The notes below the pieces were generated by a model. It did not search any database. It had not been told where the DNA came from and worked only from the letters and a program-made list of their open reading frames with translations. Positions 12,963 to 27,871 of a stretch of DNA of 64,000 bases are shown piece after piece. This DNA is from Eledone cirrhosa (taxonomy: Eukaryota): the NCBI GenBank assembly GCA_964016885.1, contig OZ024743.1:115878001-115942000 (forward strand), given 5' to 3'. A program made the position numbers and the translations under genes. Every line of letters starts with the position of its first letter. Within the stretch, counting starts at the first letter, position 1.

Positions 12963-13897
12963 GGTGAAAGCAGATTCTTTGCTTACAATTTAAACTGTTA
13001 TTTTAATAAATATTTGCTCTACGGTTCTTATATATTTGATATATATTTATCCTTATCCAGCAGCCCTCTTTGGATTTTAGTCTTCAAATTTATTATTATT
13101 ACTATATATATATATATATGTACAATGATATTAAATAAATGGAAACTATATTTATAAAACAATATTTATTCTATTATATATATTTCAAGGGTACCAAAAC
13201 TTTGGTATGCCATCATCAGATAAAATACAAGGTTTGTTTTATAAATTTTGACATAACCAAGGAAATACCTTAACGGTTCAAGTTTTTCCTGGATAGTGAA
13301 GGAAAAGAGAAGAAAAGTCAGATATTTCAAATTATTAAGATGAATATGCAAATGAGGTTTAAGTATAGGGCTGAGAAAACGTTATTTTTAGACGCTATGC
13401 AGAATTTAACTAATTAGGAAATATGTATGTGTAGGTACGACGAAGAAAAAAAAGAAAGAAGAGCTTGTATTTAGGTTAATTCAAAAGGAATTAAAATATT
13501 TGGGGGAATGGTGGAATATGATTCCAGAATTTAAAATTGATATAGCTATATTATGAGTTATAATATTGTATTTATAATCAATTAGATTATATGAAGAATT
13601 AAGGTTGTAAGTAGATTTTATCTTATTACATTACAACAGGTTGTAAGTATATATATAGATTAATAATTTTGCATGTATAATTATTATAGAAATAGTCTTT
13701 TAATTTGATGAGAGCGTACGAAAGTGTTGGTACCCTTGAAATATATGTAATAGAATAAATATGGTTTTATAAATATAGTTTCCATTTATGCAATATCATT
13801 GAATATTATACTCCAGATCACATGTCGAGTGCCCTGAATCAGTTATAAACATTTATATTTGTTGAATTACCAACACATTGAATATCCCTTTTGCTTA

Positions 13898-13971
<74 letters not shown>

Positions 13972-14161
13972 GGTTTGAGGTTCACCACTGGATAGAGCTG
14001 GTCTATTCCGTATGGTCAAACGCAAGGTAATAATATAGACAGTACTCAACGTAAAGCAGTTCAACCGTCTTTGTTTTTGTAGTTGGTGGTGCTATTACGG
14101 AGTTAAATATTATAATGAAATGACAGAGGCTGGATTTGTGTAAATCCTTGAAAGGTTTATT

Positions 14162-14219
14162 ATACTATGATCATTTCAATGACCGGGTTCCGTGTGAATC
14201 CGGTGATATCATCAGGTAT
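14162..14219 (-). ncRNA. Type I hammerhead motif (family F)
   Basis: atac-CTGATGA-tatcaccgg…ccggtcatt-GAAA-tgatca-TA-gtat. Confidence 0.75.
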
Positions 14220-14391
14220 TCGAAATATAATACGTGAAAGTAATAGATAAAATCCATGGGGCTGAAAATCGAGGACCCGAGGGCAACCGCTATCCAGCAC
14301 CTTCTACCCTAGCGGGTCGCCCTCGAGTGACGTGGTCCTCGATTTTCAGCCCCATGGATTTTATCTATTACATTCACGTATTATATTTCGA

Positions 14392-14449
14392 ATGCCTGAT
14401 GATATCACCGGATTCATACGGAACCCGGTCATTGAAATGATCATAGTAT
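14392..14449 (+). ncRNA. Type I hammerhead motif (family F), inverted partner
   Basis: atgc-CTGATGA-tatcaccgg…ccggtcatt-GAAA-tgatca-TA-gtat. Confidence 0.75.
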
Positions 14450-14499
14450 AATAAACCTTTCAAGGATTTACACAAATCCAGCCTCCTGTCATTTCATTA

Positions 14500-14939
<440 letters not shown>

Positions 14940-15609
14940 AGAAAGTGAGGTTATTTTACAGAATGAAAAATACCCGAGTTGTCCTACGCGAGTGAAAGTA
15001 TAAGGAAAAAAGATGAAATCGAAAATGCAACAGGAGTCTTATTTTAAAAAATATATATATATTTATTTGGTTCCGTTACCGGTTTCGCGGTTCTTCTGCT
15101 TTTCAAAAGTAGAGTTGAGATGGAGGGTCTGTGGTTTTTCTCACATCTGGTTGGTCTTTGAATGTTACTTGTTTTATATGGAAAAAAAGTGGCTCGGAAC
15201 GCCAGGTTTTTCGAGAAGTAATTTGATTGGTTGGTAAATAAGTATATTAAATTTCGCGCCAGTTCGTGTTACAAAGTTCTTCAAACAAAGGGGCGAGTGG
15301 CTCAGGTTGCTTTTTCATATATGAGGGAAGTTTGGTTGGTTGATGCAGTCACGTGAATAAGCACATCAGCTTTCGCGCCAGTTTGTTTGAATTTCTTTTT
15401 ACTTAAAAAAAAGGATGTCTCACAAAGTCTTTTTTTTATAAATGTAATTTGATTGGTTATTAATGAAATTATGACTTGGCGCGAAATTTAATGAAATTGT
15501 TCACGTCACAGTCATAATTTCATTTATAACCAATCAAATTACATTTATTAAAAAAAAGCCTTCGTGAGCCAGCCCTTTTTGAAAGTATGTATATATATAT
15601 ATGTATATA

Positions 15610-15675
15610 TAAGAAATCGGAGAATAGACCGTTAAAACATGTTTATTTAAAAACGGTCTATTCTCCGATTTCTTA
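15610..15675. repeat. Perfect 24-bp inverted repeat with 18-nt spacer
   Basis: taagaaatcggagaatagaccgtt (15610-15633) / aacggtctattctccgatttctta (15652-15675). Confidence 0.9.
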
Positions 15676-16021
15676 CTTTCCCACGGGCTTACGCTCTACT
15701 AATTCTCTAGACCACTAAATATTAACACTTCGAATATTTAATACTGCCGGCACTAGTATCGAGCACCTTTGGTATACGCTACTTCGCAAATAACTATATG
15801 TATCACCTATCTTCCCCTTTTTTTTCTCTCTCTCGACACGTAAATACTGTATGTATATATATATATATACAAATAAAAATACCAAAATAAGATGCTGAAG
15901 TTACATATATCGTTTAATCATTATAATTATTTCCACAGTTCTCCATGCATTTGCTGTTGATTATGAGAACAGTATCCTTAGATGAAAATCCGACATGTTT
16001 TATATGTCGTCAGGAATGTAA

Positions 16022-16152
<131 letters not shown>

Positions 16153-16163
16153 TATACATTCAC

Positions 16164-16222
<59 letters not shown>

Positions 16223-16223
16223 C

Positions 16224-16255
<32 letters not shown>

Positions 16256-16613
16256 ATAACGAAGGAATTGTGGTAAGGAACCAGATGGACCATGACACAC
16301 CTGAGTACTCAATACTTAGGGTAGAAGAGTGGGAAATAGGAAAAAGCCGACTGTCAATGTAAATTTATGGTATTTATACATTTTGTCATGGTAAGGGAAG
16401 GGTAGTGGTTGGAAGTGTGTGTTGGGTAGAGCTCATGGTGAGATTAAAGCATGGGGATTCTTAGAAAAACCAAAATTTATTTAGAGAAAGAAGTTTAGTG
16501 GCAAGTTACAATTGAAATAAACGCTTCCTTATTCTATAGTATAAATTTGAACACAATGTATATCAAGTAGTTGATCGAACATCTGTGGAAATGGTAGGTT
16601 CGGACAATGTATG

Positions 16614-16648
<35 letters not shown>

Positions 16649-16739
16649 GTATATATGTATGTATATATGTGTGTATATGTGTATATATATATATATGTAT
16701 ATATATATATTTGTGTGTATGTGTGTGTATATGTGTATG

Positions 16740-16786
<47 letters not shown>

Positions 16787-16884
16787 GTATATATATGTAT
16801 ATGTGTGTGTATGTATGTATGTTACATATATGTGTATATTTGTATATTTGTGTATGTAAATATATATATATATGTGTGTATGTA

Positions 16885-16949
<65 letters not shown>

Positions 16950-17000
16950 GTATATATATATGTGTGTGTATGCGTATATGTATATATATGTATGTGTATA

Positions 17001-17068
<68 letters not shown>

Positions 17069-17108
17069 TATATATATGTATATGTATGTGTGTATGTATA
17101 CATTGGTG

Positions 17109-17145
<37 letters not shown>

Positions 17146-17254
17146 ATAAATATTTCGTATCACCAAACAAATACAGTTTTATGAAGCCGTAGTTATGCGT
17201 ACACCGGGGGGCTAACGCCCTCTGGTGTTGTCGAGTAGAAGCTAGTTGGACAAC

Positions 17255-17294
17255 CGTCTATGCATTTCAGGCTTAACTGGACTTCGTCAGATCG
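17255..17294 (-). ncRNA. Minimal hammerhead-like motif (family H)
   Basis: cgat-CTGACGA-ag…ct-GAAA-tgca-TA-gacg. Core intact, palindromic stem III, imperfect stems I and II. Confidence 0.5.
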
Positions 17295-17518
17295 TTCCCT
17301 CCCCCCGCTAGCGACTGCTGGACTAGAAGACAGCTGAGTATATATACTTTTCTCGTCTGTGTAAATGAGATGATTAATCTCATTTGCATATGAAGCTGCA
17401 TAAGTTGGCTGAACTTATAATAAACAAGAAATAGTTCACGTGACAGCCATAATTTCATTTATAACCAATCAAATTACATTTATAAAAAAAGCTTTCGTCA
17501 GCCACCCCTTTCTTTTAA

Positions 17519-17578
<60 letters not shown>

Positions 17579-17773
17579 ATAATAATACATTTGAAGACTA
17601 AAATCCAAAGAGTGCTCGATAAGGATAATTATATATATGTTTTACCAGCTGAGGTTCCGCTAAGGTGAAACAATTGTTCTCGGTATGGTGAACTGTTGCG
17701 TAACCACTTCTTCCAAACTCGTCCCATGGACTTAGTGCTCTACAACTATGGACATTACCTTCCAGTGTTCTAC

Positions 17774-17876
<103 letters not shown>

Positions 17877-17994
17877 TAACAGTTTAAAGTTGAAGCTAAG
17901 AATCGCTGCTTTCACCCTTAACGTGATCGCTCTGAAACTAAAACAAAATCGATCTATGAACGCAGAAATAAATATTTCGAAAGAAGTTGCAACC

Positions 17995-18047
<53 letters not shown>

Positions 18048-18919
18048 AGCGAGGTTTTTTATATGAAATCGGGCGTCGAAACAGATATTGTTATACTTGG
18101 GGAGGGTCATATTTGCGTAATATTGCCAGAATTAATAACAGAACACACTCACTGTTTGGTTGGTTTTCGCTTCTCGCTGTCTTTTATATCTGCGATCTAA
18201 CTTACTCGGTCCTCAATGTTGCCATTGACTGACCGACGGTCAAAAATAATACAGATACAATATAGACACAAACACATATATATATAGTTTACATAATTTA
18301 CATAAATCTTTCGTTGCACATCTGCAACATCGTCAGTGGTGTTATATTTTTTTTCCTCCTGTTGTGTTGTATGTCTACGCCATTTTTTATTCAGTCTGTC
18401 TATATATTTATTTATTTATTTGCTTGTTTGTTTATTTTATTTTGTCTTCTTTGCGCATGCGTTTGCGTGTGTGTATAGTGTTATGTGTGCTGTGTGACTA
18501 GTGTGTATAGTGTTGTGTCTGCTGGGTGACTAGTGTGTGTTTATGTGCTTGTTGTTATTGTGCTTGTGTATGTATTTATTTATCTTATTTTATTTTATTT
18601 TATTAATTTACTTATTTATACTTCTCTTAGGTCAGTGCTCTTTGTTTGGGTGTTGTTGTTGTTCCACTCATTTTTATCTGTTTAGCTTTGGTCTTCTAAT
18701 TTCTATTTCACTGGCCTCTCTGATTTGCCTATCTGCTGGGTCATTCCTATGTTTAGATATTATTCTAATTTCTATGTTGTCTATGTTACCGTCATGTTGT
18801 TGTCTAGCATGTTCGTATAGTACCGACCCGTTTTTTCGTCCTTTTAGTTCCCCCCAGTGTTGGTCTATCCTTTCACCTATAGGTGAGACAGCTCGTAGCA
18901 TAGGTGAAAGGATAGATCA

Positions 18920-20290
18920 ATTCTGCGAACACATTACTAATTACGCATACCACCACCTACACAGACATACACAAAAACTAAACTTTAGCAAAAAAGAATG
19001 GAATGGTCTTAACAGTCTAAAGAACGATAACACCCTAACAATCAAACAGACGAATAAAGAGAGTGCAGTAGTCCTTATAAAGACAGATTACTACACGACT
19101 CTAGTACTCTCAACTCTAGAAAACCAAACATATTACGAAAAGGCCCAACACTACACACAAGAGAAAATAATGAGAAACCTAAAATCCCTAACAACCCTTT
19201 ATAAAGAAGGCCTTACCGACAAGGAATACAACTACATCACCAATTTCAAAAGCAGAACCAGCCTTTTCTATGGTATCCCAAAGACACACAAAAGCGAAGT
19301 AATAGGCAGGGCCTACAAGGAAGCTACAGGCATTTACATCAATATAACACCTCCTGATGACTTTAAATTAAGACCCATAATAGCATGTACCACATGTGAA
19401 ACCCACCGCCTAAGCAACTTCCTAGATATTCTGCTTAAACCTTTCCTAAAACACATAAAAAGCTTCATAAGGGACGACCATGACATGCTCAACCACCTCC
19501 CAACAAAACTTAATAATGCACATACCCTACTAGTAACCTTTGATGTCATCAATCTATATTCCAATATCCCGCACAACCTAGGTATAGAGGCAATACAATT
19601 CTGGCTTGAACATTTCCCTAGTGAACTTCCACAGTGCATCCCTAAAGAATTTGTGATGGAGGGCCTCAAATTCGTCTTGGAAAACAACTTCTTCGAATTC
19701 GATGCCAAATACTACACACAGAATTCTGAGACTGCCATGGGTACGAAATTAGCCGCCTCATACGCCAACCTTGTCATGGATATTGGGAAACCACTCTCTA
19801 CCGCAAAGTTCTAGACCAATCCGGTAACCACTTCTACCAACATATAGAAAAGAACTGGTAGAGATATCTGGACGACTGCTTCATCCTCCGGCATGAATGT
19901 ATAGAATGACTGATTGAGTTTAAAAGCATTCTAAATGGACTCAACACAAACTTACACTTTACAATGGAATACAGCCATGAACAACTCCCTTTCCTTGACA
20001 TCCTCATCAAGAAAAGAAACAACAAAATAGAAACAGACATATACTACAAACCCAAGATTCCAAATAATATCTTCCATTTAACTCGTGCCACCCTCGCCAT
20101 ACCAAAATGGCAATTCCTTATAACCTAGCCATAAGGATCTGCACAATAGATCAGATAAATATACACATGGTACACACGATTAGAAGAATTAAAGAACACA
20201 CTTATCAGCAGAAACTATCCACCATCCCTAATCAACAATGGATTCCAACGTGCCCTAAATCTCAACATCCAGGTACTCAGACACCCCAGA
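18920..20290 (+). pseudogene. Penelope-like reverse transcriptase, decayed
   Basis: NKESAVV, FYGIPKTHK, LRPIIA, VTFDVINLYSNIPH, TAMGTKLAASYANL; after a frameshift, RYLDDCF and FTMEYS…LPFLDILI. Confidence 0.85.
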
Positions 20291-21427
20291 TAAAATGAGT
20301 TGATGCCTGACATACCTTGACTATGTTGATTGTTATAATTTAGTCATGGCAGTGATTAGTTATGACAAAACTCGATATTTATGTACCTTAATTTGAAACA
20401 TGAAAAATTACATATAATACAGAGGGTGCGTATGAGAATGTGTAGAAAGTTATATAAATAATTAATAATATATAATACATAAACTTATATCACTGTTAAA
20501 ACTTTAAATAATAATAATATATCCATACCTCATTATTGTTGATAGTGGAAGTGATGGATCGAGATAGCAAATCATGAGGAAAAAGAGAAAAAAGAAAAAA
20601 GAGAAAAAAGAAAAAGAGAAAAAGAGAAAAAAAAGGAGATTTGATCGTAGGAACAAGAGAAGGGAGAAATGATCAAATGATAGAGAGAGGAAAATAAGTT
20701 AAATCGTATAATCAAATGGAGGAAGATATGTATTGTAACATGTAAATAGCGTATAACTAGATAGGAGGGAAAATAATGGGTGACCGTTTATTTTCAAACA
20801 TTTAGTTAATTGAAAATAGTCAATTAATCAAATGACATAAGATTTTAGACTATAACATTTTAAAGGATGTATATTATTGTATTATATCAGAGTTCAAGCA
20901 AATGTAACGTGAAAGAGATAAATTGATGTCCATCATAACTCCAAAGGTATTCACAAGTATATTTAAAAGTATATTAAAATCAAGAATATAATCAATATAT
21001 TAGTTAAAAAAAACCTTAAAATTAAAATGTCATTAAATCATAAAGCATTATAAATGTATCTAATAAGATATTATTAAACCAGATTTATCTAGATATACAC
21101 ATTTATATAATTTATAGAGAGACTATACATTTTAATGTAGTATAATTTCTGTTGAGAGTGTTATAAATTTAATTCAACTAGATTTTACTGTATTTAAAAT
21201 TTTACATCAATTTAAGTATACAACAAATTTATCAACTTGTATCTAAGGTGACTTTTATACTATACATGTATAATCATATCCTCATGAATAGTAAATAACC
21301 ATTTCAAAATAATTAAACGGTTTAAAAGCCTGAATACATTAAAGGTATCAAATATATAAGATATAAGATTCAGAAAATACGAAAACCAAAATTAAATGTA
21401 TTTAAACAATGTAAAAGTAATACGTAC

Positions 21428-21740
21428 TCAACAAGAGATCAGGTTAACACTTTCAATGTTTTCATTGGGCTTATGGAAGGGGTAATATAATCCTGAATTT
21501 AATTTAAGGGTGACATCAAGGAAGTTAACTACTTTAGTGTTACTTTCAACGTCTAGTTTGAGGTCATAATTTTTAAAGAATTCTATAATTGTTTTCTTAA
21601 CCCTATTTAGTTCTGTATTGCTATGTGTAACTACAGTAAATAAAATATCATCCCTATATAAACCACCGGTAATCGCCGACAATTTTATATTTAACATATT
21701 GAGGATAAAAATTCACAGAATATCGGTAATTTGTGCAGAT
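21428..21740 (-). pseudogene. PLE RT fragment (YRDD type)
   Basis: GLYRDD…KVVNFLDVTL…YYPFHKPN. Confidence 0.75.
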
Positions 21741-21749
21741 ATATATATA

Positions 21750-22131
21750 TCACCTTGATCACCTTGACTGACCAGTCTGCCGTCGCCTTTTGGCGCCGCT
21801 GGTCAGAGCACGTGCTGTTTTAGCCATACGATGACGCCAACCCACTAGCTGGGCGTGGGTCTAAGGTCTGTCTTAAGTCAGAAAGCTCATTCGGCCGGTG
21901 CTTATCGCGGTTTCATGGCGTGAAGCGACTGAGAGTACAAGACTCCCCAGGAGACAGGACGCCAATCCTTCGCATGGTTAAATCTCCAGCTATTGTCGAT
22001 ACTCATTTTCAGCTGAGTAAACTGGAGCAACGTGAAATAAAGTGTCTTGCTCAAGGAAACAACACATCACCCGGTCCGAGAATTGAACTTACAACCTTTC
22101 GATTGCAAGCTCTAACAAAAAGCCATGCGCC
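21750..22131 (-). mobile_element. tRNA-derived SINE (second family) with LINE-like tail; a tail-only copy lies at ~22840-22950
   Basis: Minus strand shows B-box-like gttcaattc, then ttgtttccttgagcaagacactt, tactcagctgaaaatgagta, and ends in tcaaggtgatcaaggtg. Confidence 0.65.
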
Positions 22132-22156
22132 TTCGCTGCGTCTTATTTTATTATTT

Positions 22157-22212
<56 letters not shown>

Positions 22213-22214
22213 CA

Positions 22215-22354
<140 letters not shown>

Positions 22355-22756
22355 GTAATAATAATAAAATTGAAGACTAAAATCTAAAGAGGGCTCGATC
22401 AGGATAAATATATATCAAATATATAAGAACTGTACAGCAAATATTTATTAAAATAACAGATTAAAGTTTAAGCAAAGAATCGCCGCTTTCACCCTTAACT
22501 GGATCTTCTGAAACTAAAAAAATCAATCTGTGAACGCAGAAGTAAATATTTCGAAAAACGTTGCAACCGAAGGAAGACAGGAAGACGATACTTTGGTTCG
22601 TGTCTTTGCGTGTAATTGTTTTCACCGCTCCATATAATGACGTATTATTTTCGTTTTTTTCCGTTCTTTGCCAGGGAACGTTTCCACGAACCAAAGTATC
22701 ATCTTCCTGTCTTCCTACGTTTGCAACGTTTTTCGAAATATGTACTTCTGCGTGTT

Positions 22757-22832
22757 ACAGATTGATTCTTTTAGTTTCAGAAGATCCCGTTAAGGGTGAA
22801 AGCAGCGATTATTTGCTTAAACTTTAGTCTGT
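22757..22832 (+). ncRNA. Hammerhead-like motif with CAGAAGA core (family C), best-preserved copy; inverted partner at 22456-22531
   Basis: acagatt…agttt-CAGAAGA-tcccgttaagggt-GAAA-gca-gcgattatt-tgc-TT-aaact…agtctgt. Extended stem I with an internal loop. Confidence 0.6.
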
Positions 22833-24536
22833 TATTTTAATCACCTTGATCAGCTTGACCGACCAGTCTGTCGGGCGCCCTTCAGCGCCGCTGGTCACAG
22901 CACGTGCTGTTTTAGCCATGCGATGACGCTATTCCAGTGGCTAGGCGGGTTATTTTAATATATATATATATTGTATTAAGGGTACTATTCATGGTTATGT
23001 ATGTAATAAAACCTTTAATGGTAATATATTATATATACACAAACCCTAAATAGTGAGAGATAGTCATTAATTACTATCCTATTACCGGTAAGATAAATAG
23101 CTCAATGTAATAACATCAGTTGTTTTACAGAGCAGTTATATAGAGATTACAGTTAAATGAATTATGCACGTAATCATCTTGATGTGAACTCCTTTAGTAC
23201 CTATTAATAGACTCCACTCTAGCTTGTAGATGTGATACATAATTGATTTATATTTGAGACGGGGGTTGTCTATTGCTTGATGGCCAGACTAGTGCATCTA
23301 TATGAGAGATTGGATCTCCGGACCATACCGAAGATTTACTGGAGATGCAGGCGTGCAATGACCCGGAGCCTACCGGGTGGCATATATAATAGTGGGACCA
23401 TACCAGGTCCTACTGTTATATTACATTTGCATGGAGCAGTGACTTGAGAGTCTGACTCCTCTTATAGAACGTTCAGATATGACACCCCTTAATTAATGGA
23501 TGGTAATCATCCTAATATATACACCCTTGTACTTCTTAATGGACAACTCTCTAACCTATAAATGGGTAACATACTCTAGATATTAGTTATAACTTCACAT
23601 GATAGGCACGTATTTGAATCACCATTAATGTAGTTTAGGATAGTAATGTAACTAAGATAACTAGCTAGTTACCTCCCCTTACGCATTAATTCCCCTTAGT
23701 CATTCAGGCACTTCCGGAATCTGGACAGCATGATATATTAATTAAGAACCGACTGGATACGGTTTATAGCTTGACTATATGCTGAACCACCGCGAACTAT
23801 ACGATAGACGCGTGTCCTCTATATATATATTGCGTCTCATGGATTATGTGAGTGGTGGTGTGAGCAAGGACAGTGGTACGGCCTTGCCTACGATACAATA
23901 AGGTTTATAGTATCTTGAAGGTTTTTGATCTTTTGGTGTTTCCCCGCATCCGAGACTGTATATCATACAGATGTATGAGAATGAATGACTTAATAATTCA
24001 GCCTACATAATAAGATCGATTGCCTGCTTCAACTGCCTGACCCTGCAAATATCATTCTGACGCACTCTAATCATGTATAAATAAGACACGCGTGCATGCT
24101 ACACGGGAGATTGTTTCATACACTGACTACTCTAAGCTTTCCTCTTGCTTTATCTTCATAGACTGCCAACGCTTCATGTTTATCTTTATTTTCACTCTTA
24201 TTTTCACTCTTGTTTTTATTTTATTTTTATCCTGTAACCTTTATATGTAAATTGCCATGCTATATCATTTGATGAATGTCACCCCACTGTTGATCAATAT
24301 GCGCATATGTTTTAACTGTCCATTTTCCTTTCAAAATCTGAAATTTAGCCACAATCGACCAAAATGTAAAAAAAGAAAATTGTATTGGGGAAATATTTAA
24401 AAATATATATGCATCCTTCACATCTTCAGCCACAGTGATGATGCATAAAAATTAGTCTGATTTTTGATTAAACAGAACTTATCGCCCAAAATAAACAGTG
24501 TGTTTTCCGATCTATGTCTGTTTCTTTTCTTCAAAT

Positions 24537-24919
24537 AATTGTTTCTACTTTTGGTACAATGCCAGCAATTATCCCAGTGCCAGACTGGTACTTTATTTTA
24601 TCGACTCCGAAAGGATGAAAGGCAAAGTTAACCTCGGCGGGATTTGAATTCAGAATGGCAAGGGCCATAACTCTATGCGTCAAAGCATGGTGTCCGATCC
24701 TCTACCGATACTGCCAATCCATCGCCCATTACTTCAAATAATTGTTCCTACTTTTGGCACAAGGCCAGCAATTACACAGTAGATTACTGGTACTTTATTT
24801 TATCGACCCCATAAGGATGAAAGGCAAAGTTAACCTCGGCGGGATTTGAACTCAGAATGGCAAGGGCCGTAACTCTATACGTCAAAGCATGGCGTCCGAC
24901 CCTCTACCGATACTGCCAA
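24537..24919 (-). mobile_element. Two tandem tRNA-derived SINE copies
   Basis: Both match 29622-29805 in reverse; 'cttcaaataat' occurs at 24529, 24732 and 24923. Confidence 0.85.
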
Positions 24920-25375
24920 TTACTTCAAATAATAATATGTAAACAGCGATTGTAATGGGTAAATATATAAAAATATTTATGCAGTTCTCACATCTAGTGT
25001 CAGATTATTTGTAGAGATAAGTGGTGAAATAATTTGTCGAGTTTTCATGTTAGGGAATACCAAATTAAACAAAACTTACTCCTCGAAATAAGCAACGTGT
25101 CGTCCGATCTACGACTGTTTCTCTTCTGAAGATAGTTTTTTTTTAAAGTTCAAAGAGCGAACGTCTGTATATCTGCATGTTTGTTTTGTGTACATTTTTC
25201 GTTGTGTTTATAATAGATGTATGTGTAATATAATCAATAGTGTCTGTTACTTACATATATCGTTTTTCTTTTTGTTTTGATTTAAAATTCCGAGTAGTGG
25301 TGCGGCTGATATTCAGTTTCTTATTTACACATGTGGTCCGATATTTTAATGAAGAAAAATTATGTTATAAGGACG

Positions 25376-26320
25376 ATTATTATTATTACTATTATTGTTC
25401 TTTGGGTCTCAGTCATTGATGTTATTTAACTGGAAAGTTTGTTGAAATGAATATCAAGCTGCTACCTGCAGCCTCAGATATTCAGGACGTATCGGAGGGT
25501 ACTTGCTGTTCCCAGCAAGCATGCCTTTTGAAGTGTTCCAAAAAGCGGGGCTGGACAAATCTTCTTTAACCATCCCTGGAAACTTCTTGAGATAGTACCT
25601 AGTGCGCCTATGACAATCGGGACCACTTTGACTTCATGGCAGTTCCAAATCCTTTTCACCTCCCACTTCAAGTCCTGGTATCGGTTAATTTTCTCCCTCT
25701 CCTTCTCTTGCACTCTCGTGTCGAATGTGCAGGCCACATCCACAATCAGGGACTCTCTTTTTTCCTTGTCCAAAACCGCCAGGTCAGGGCTATTGTGTTC
25801 CAGTTTCTTGTCCGTCTGTATCCTAAAATCCCACAGCACCTTCAGCTGATCATTTTCTATCACCGACTCTGGCTTATGCTCATACCACTTCTCAGAATGT
25901 GGTAAATTGTTTACTTTGCCAGTGGATCACCCTGCCCATCACATCATGTCTCCAGCCCTTATAGTGAGTCTGGGCTAGGTGTTTACACTCGGATACAATG
26001 TGAGCCACAGTCTCCTCTCTTTCTCCACATATCCTGCACAGTGGGCTAGCCTCCTCCTTGTAAATATGGTGTTTCAACCACTTCGTTTTGATGGGCCTGC
26101 TCTTGCGCAGCCATTAAACATTCTTTCTGTAGCCTTTTTAAGGTCTCCTCTTTTCAACCAGTTCCATGTCTGTGGATCTCTGAATTCAGTTTTCTCAAAG
26201 AAGGTACTATGAAGGGATTTTTCATGAAGGCTGCTCTTTCTCCTTGTTGTAATTTCCTCCTTGGACATCCCCTGGTCTATTGTCCTCTCGTTCAGTACAG
26301 TTCTGAGCATGGCTCCTTAC
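25376..26320 (-). mobile_element. 3' end of an R4/Dong-type non-LTR retrotransposon (CCHC knuckle plus restriction-like endonuclease), ending in (TAA)n
   Basis: CRICGEREETVAHIVSEC…RHD, LWDFRIQTD…PDLAVLD…IVDVAC…EKINRYQDL…VPIVIGALG; (TTA)n at ~25376-25397 on the plus strand. Confidence 0.85.
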
Positions 26321-26997
26321 TATCAGTAACGTATTTGTTGTTAAAAACGAATGAAAAAAATGTTTTCCTTCGTTTTTAACAACATTCTTTAATAACATAT
26401 AACACTTATTTATCATATCTATATGAATTAATATAAACTTATCCCTATAAATATACTTATCAATTATATTACTTTAATTATTTTTATAGATTTAAATTCC
26501 TTATGTTTTAAATAAGATTGATATTTTGCACTAACACATTTATCGTAAAATTTTATTCTCCCTAGATTTTAACATTAGCATTATTCTTTAATAACATCAA
26601 ATGTTCGTGTACCTTTCACCAGCTTGACCTATTTTCATCCCCAAAGTAATCTTTTCATTCAAAATACTCTTTCCATTCAAGACTGAAATCTGTATTCTTC
26701 TACACCTAAATTAAATTCCTACTACTACTATTATATCAACTTGACAACTTACTTTTCTATTGGTCAATTCAAAACCTGTTCCCAAACAGACCTATTATAT
26801 TAAATCTTTGTTGTTTTTTTTCAATAAACAAATATCATTATATCTGAAGAGAGCATATATATGTGTAGGTATGTATATTCCCTCTGATAGTTTGTATACA
26901 TACCAACACACACATATATATCGTAGAAACGATCGTAAAATGATGAATTTTTTAATATAAAGAACTGTTTCTTTGTTTTTATTCATTATTTTTATTA

Positions 26998-27052
<55 letters not shown>

Positions 27053-27053
27053 C

Positions 27054-27244
<191 letters not shown>

Positions 27245-27462
27245 ATTTATATATATTATATATATAAATATATTATATATTATATATACATATATATATA
27301 TATATTATATATATATAAATATATTATATATAAATATATATATTATACATTATATATATATATATTATATATATATATTTATATATATTATATATATATA
27401 TTTATTTATATTTATTATATATATATATTTATATATATTATATATATAAATATATTATATAT

Positions 27463-27498
<36 letters not shown>

Positions 27499-27765
27499 GA
27501 TATTTATATATATTATATATATGTATATATATATAATATATATATATTATATATATATTTTATATATATATAATATATATATATTATATATATATATATT
27601 ATATATATATATTATATATATAAAATATATATATATATTTATATATATATATTATATATATATATATATATAATATATATATATACATTATATATAATAT
27701 ATATATATATTATATATATACATTAAATATATATATAATATATATATATTTATACATATATACAT

Positions 27766-27799
<34 letters not shown>

Positions 27800-27871
27800 A
27801 TATTTATATATAATTATTATATATATTTATATTTATAAATATATATACAATATATATATATATATATATTA

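Larger units (their letters stand above)
14113..14499. repeat. Near-perfect ~390-bp palindrome carrying two hammerheads
   Basis: ~14113-14292 is the reverse complement of ~14315-14499, with a few substitutions and small indels. Confidence 0.9.

Noticed and set aside
13191-13735. HHR-like strings in inverted arms (CTGATGA…CAAA; TTGATGA…GAAA), and similar strings at ~740, ~10480, ~25125, ~58715, ~63013
   Set aside because: Core or stems could not be completed by eye; too degenerate to call.
18537-19814. 425-aa ORF as an intact gene with hydrophobic N-terminus
   Set aside because: The N-terminal part is the antisense of a PLE 3' end; only the part after ~18920 is RT, and it is frameshifted.
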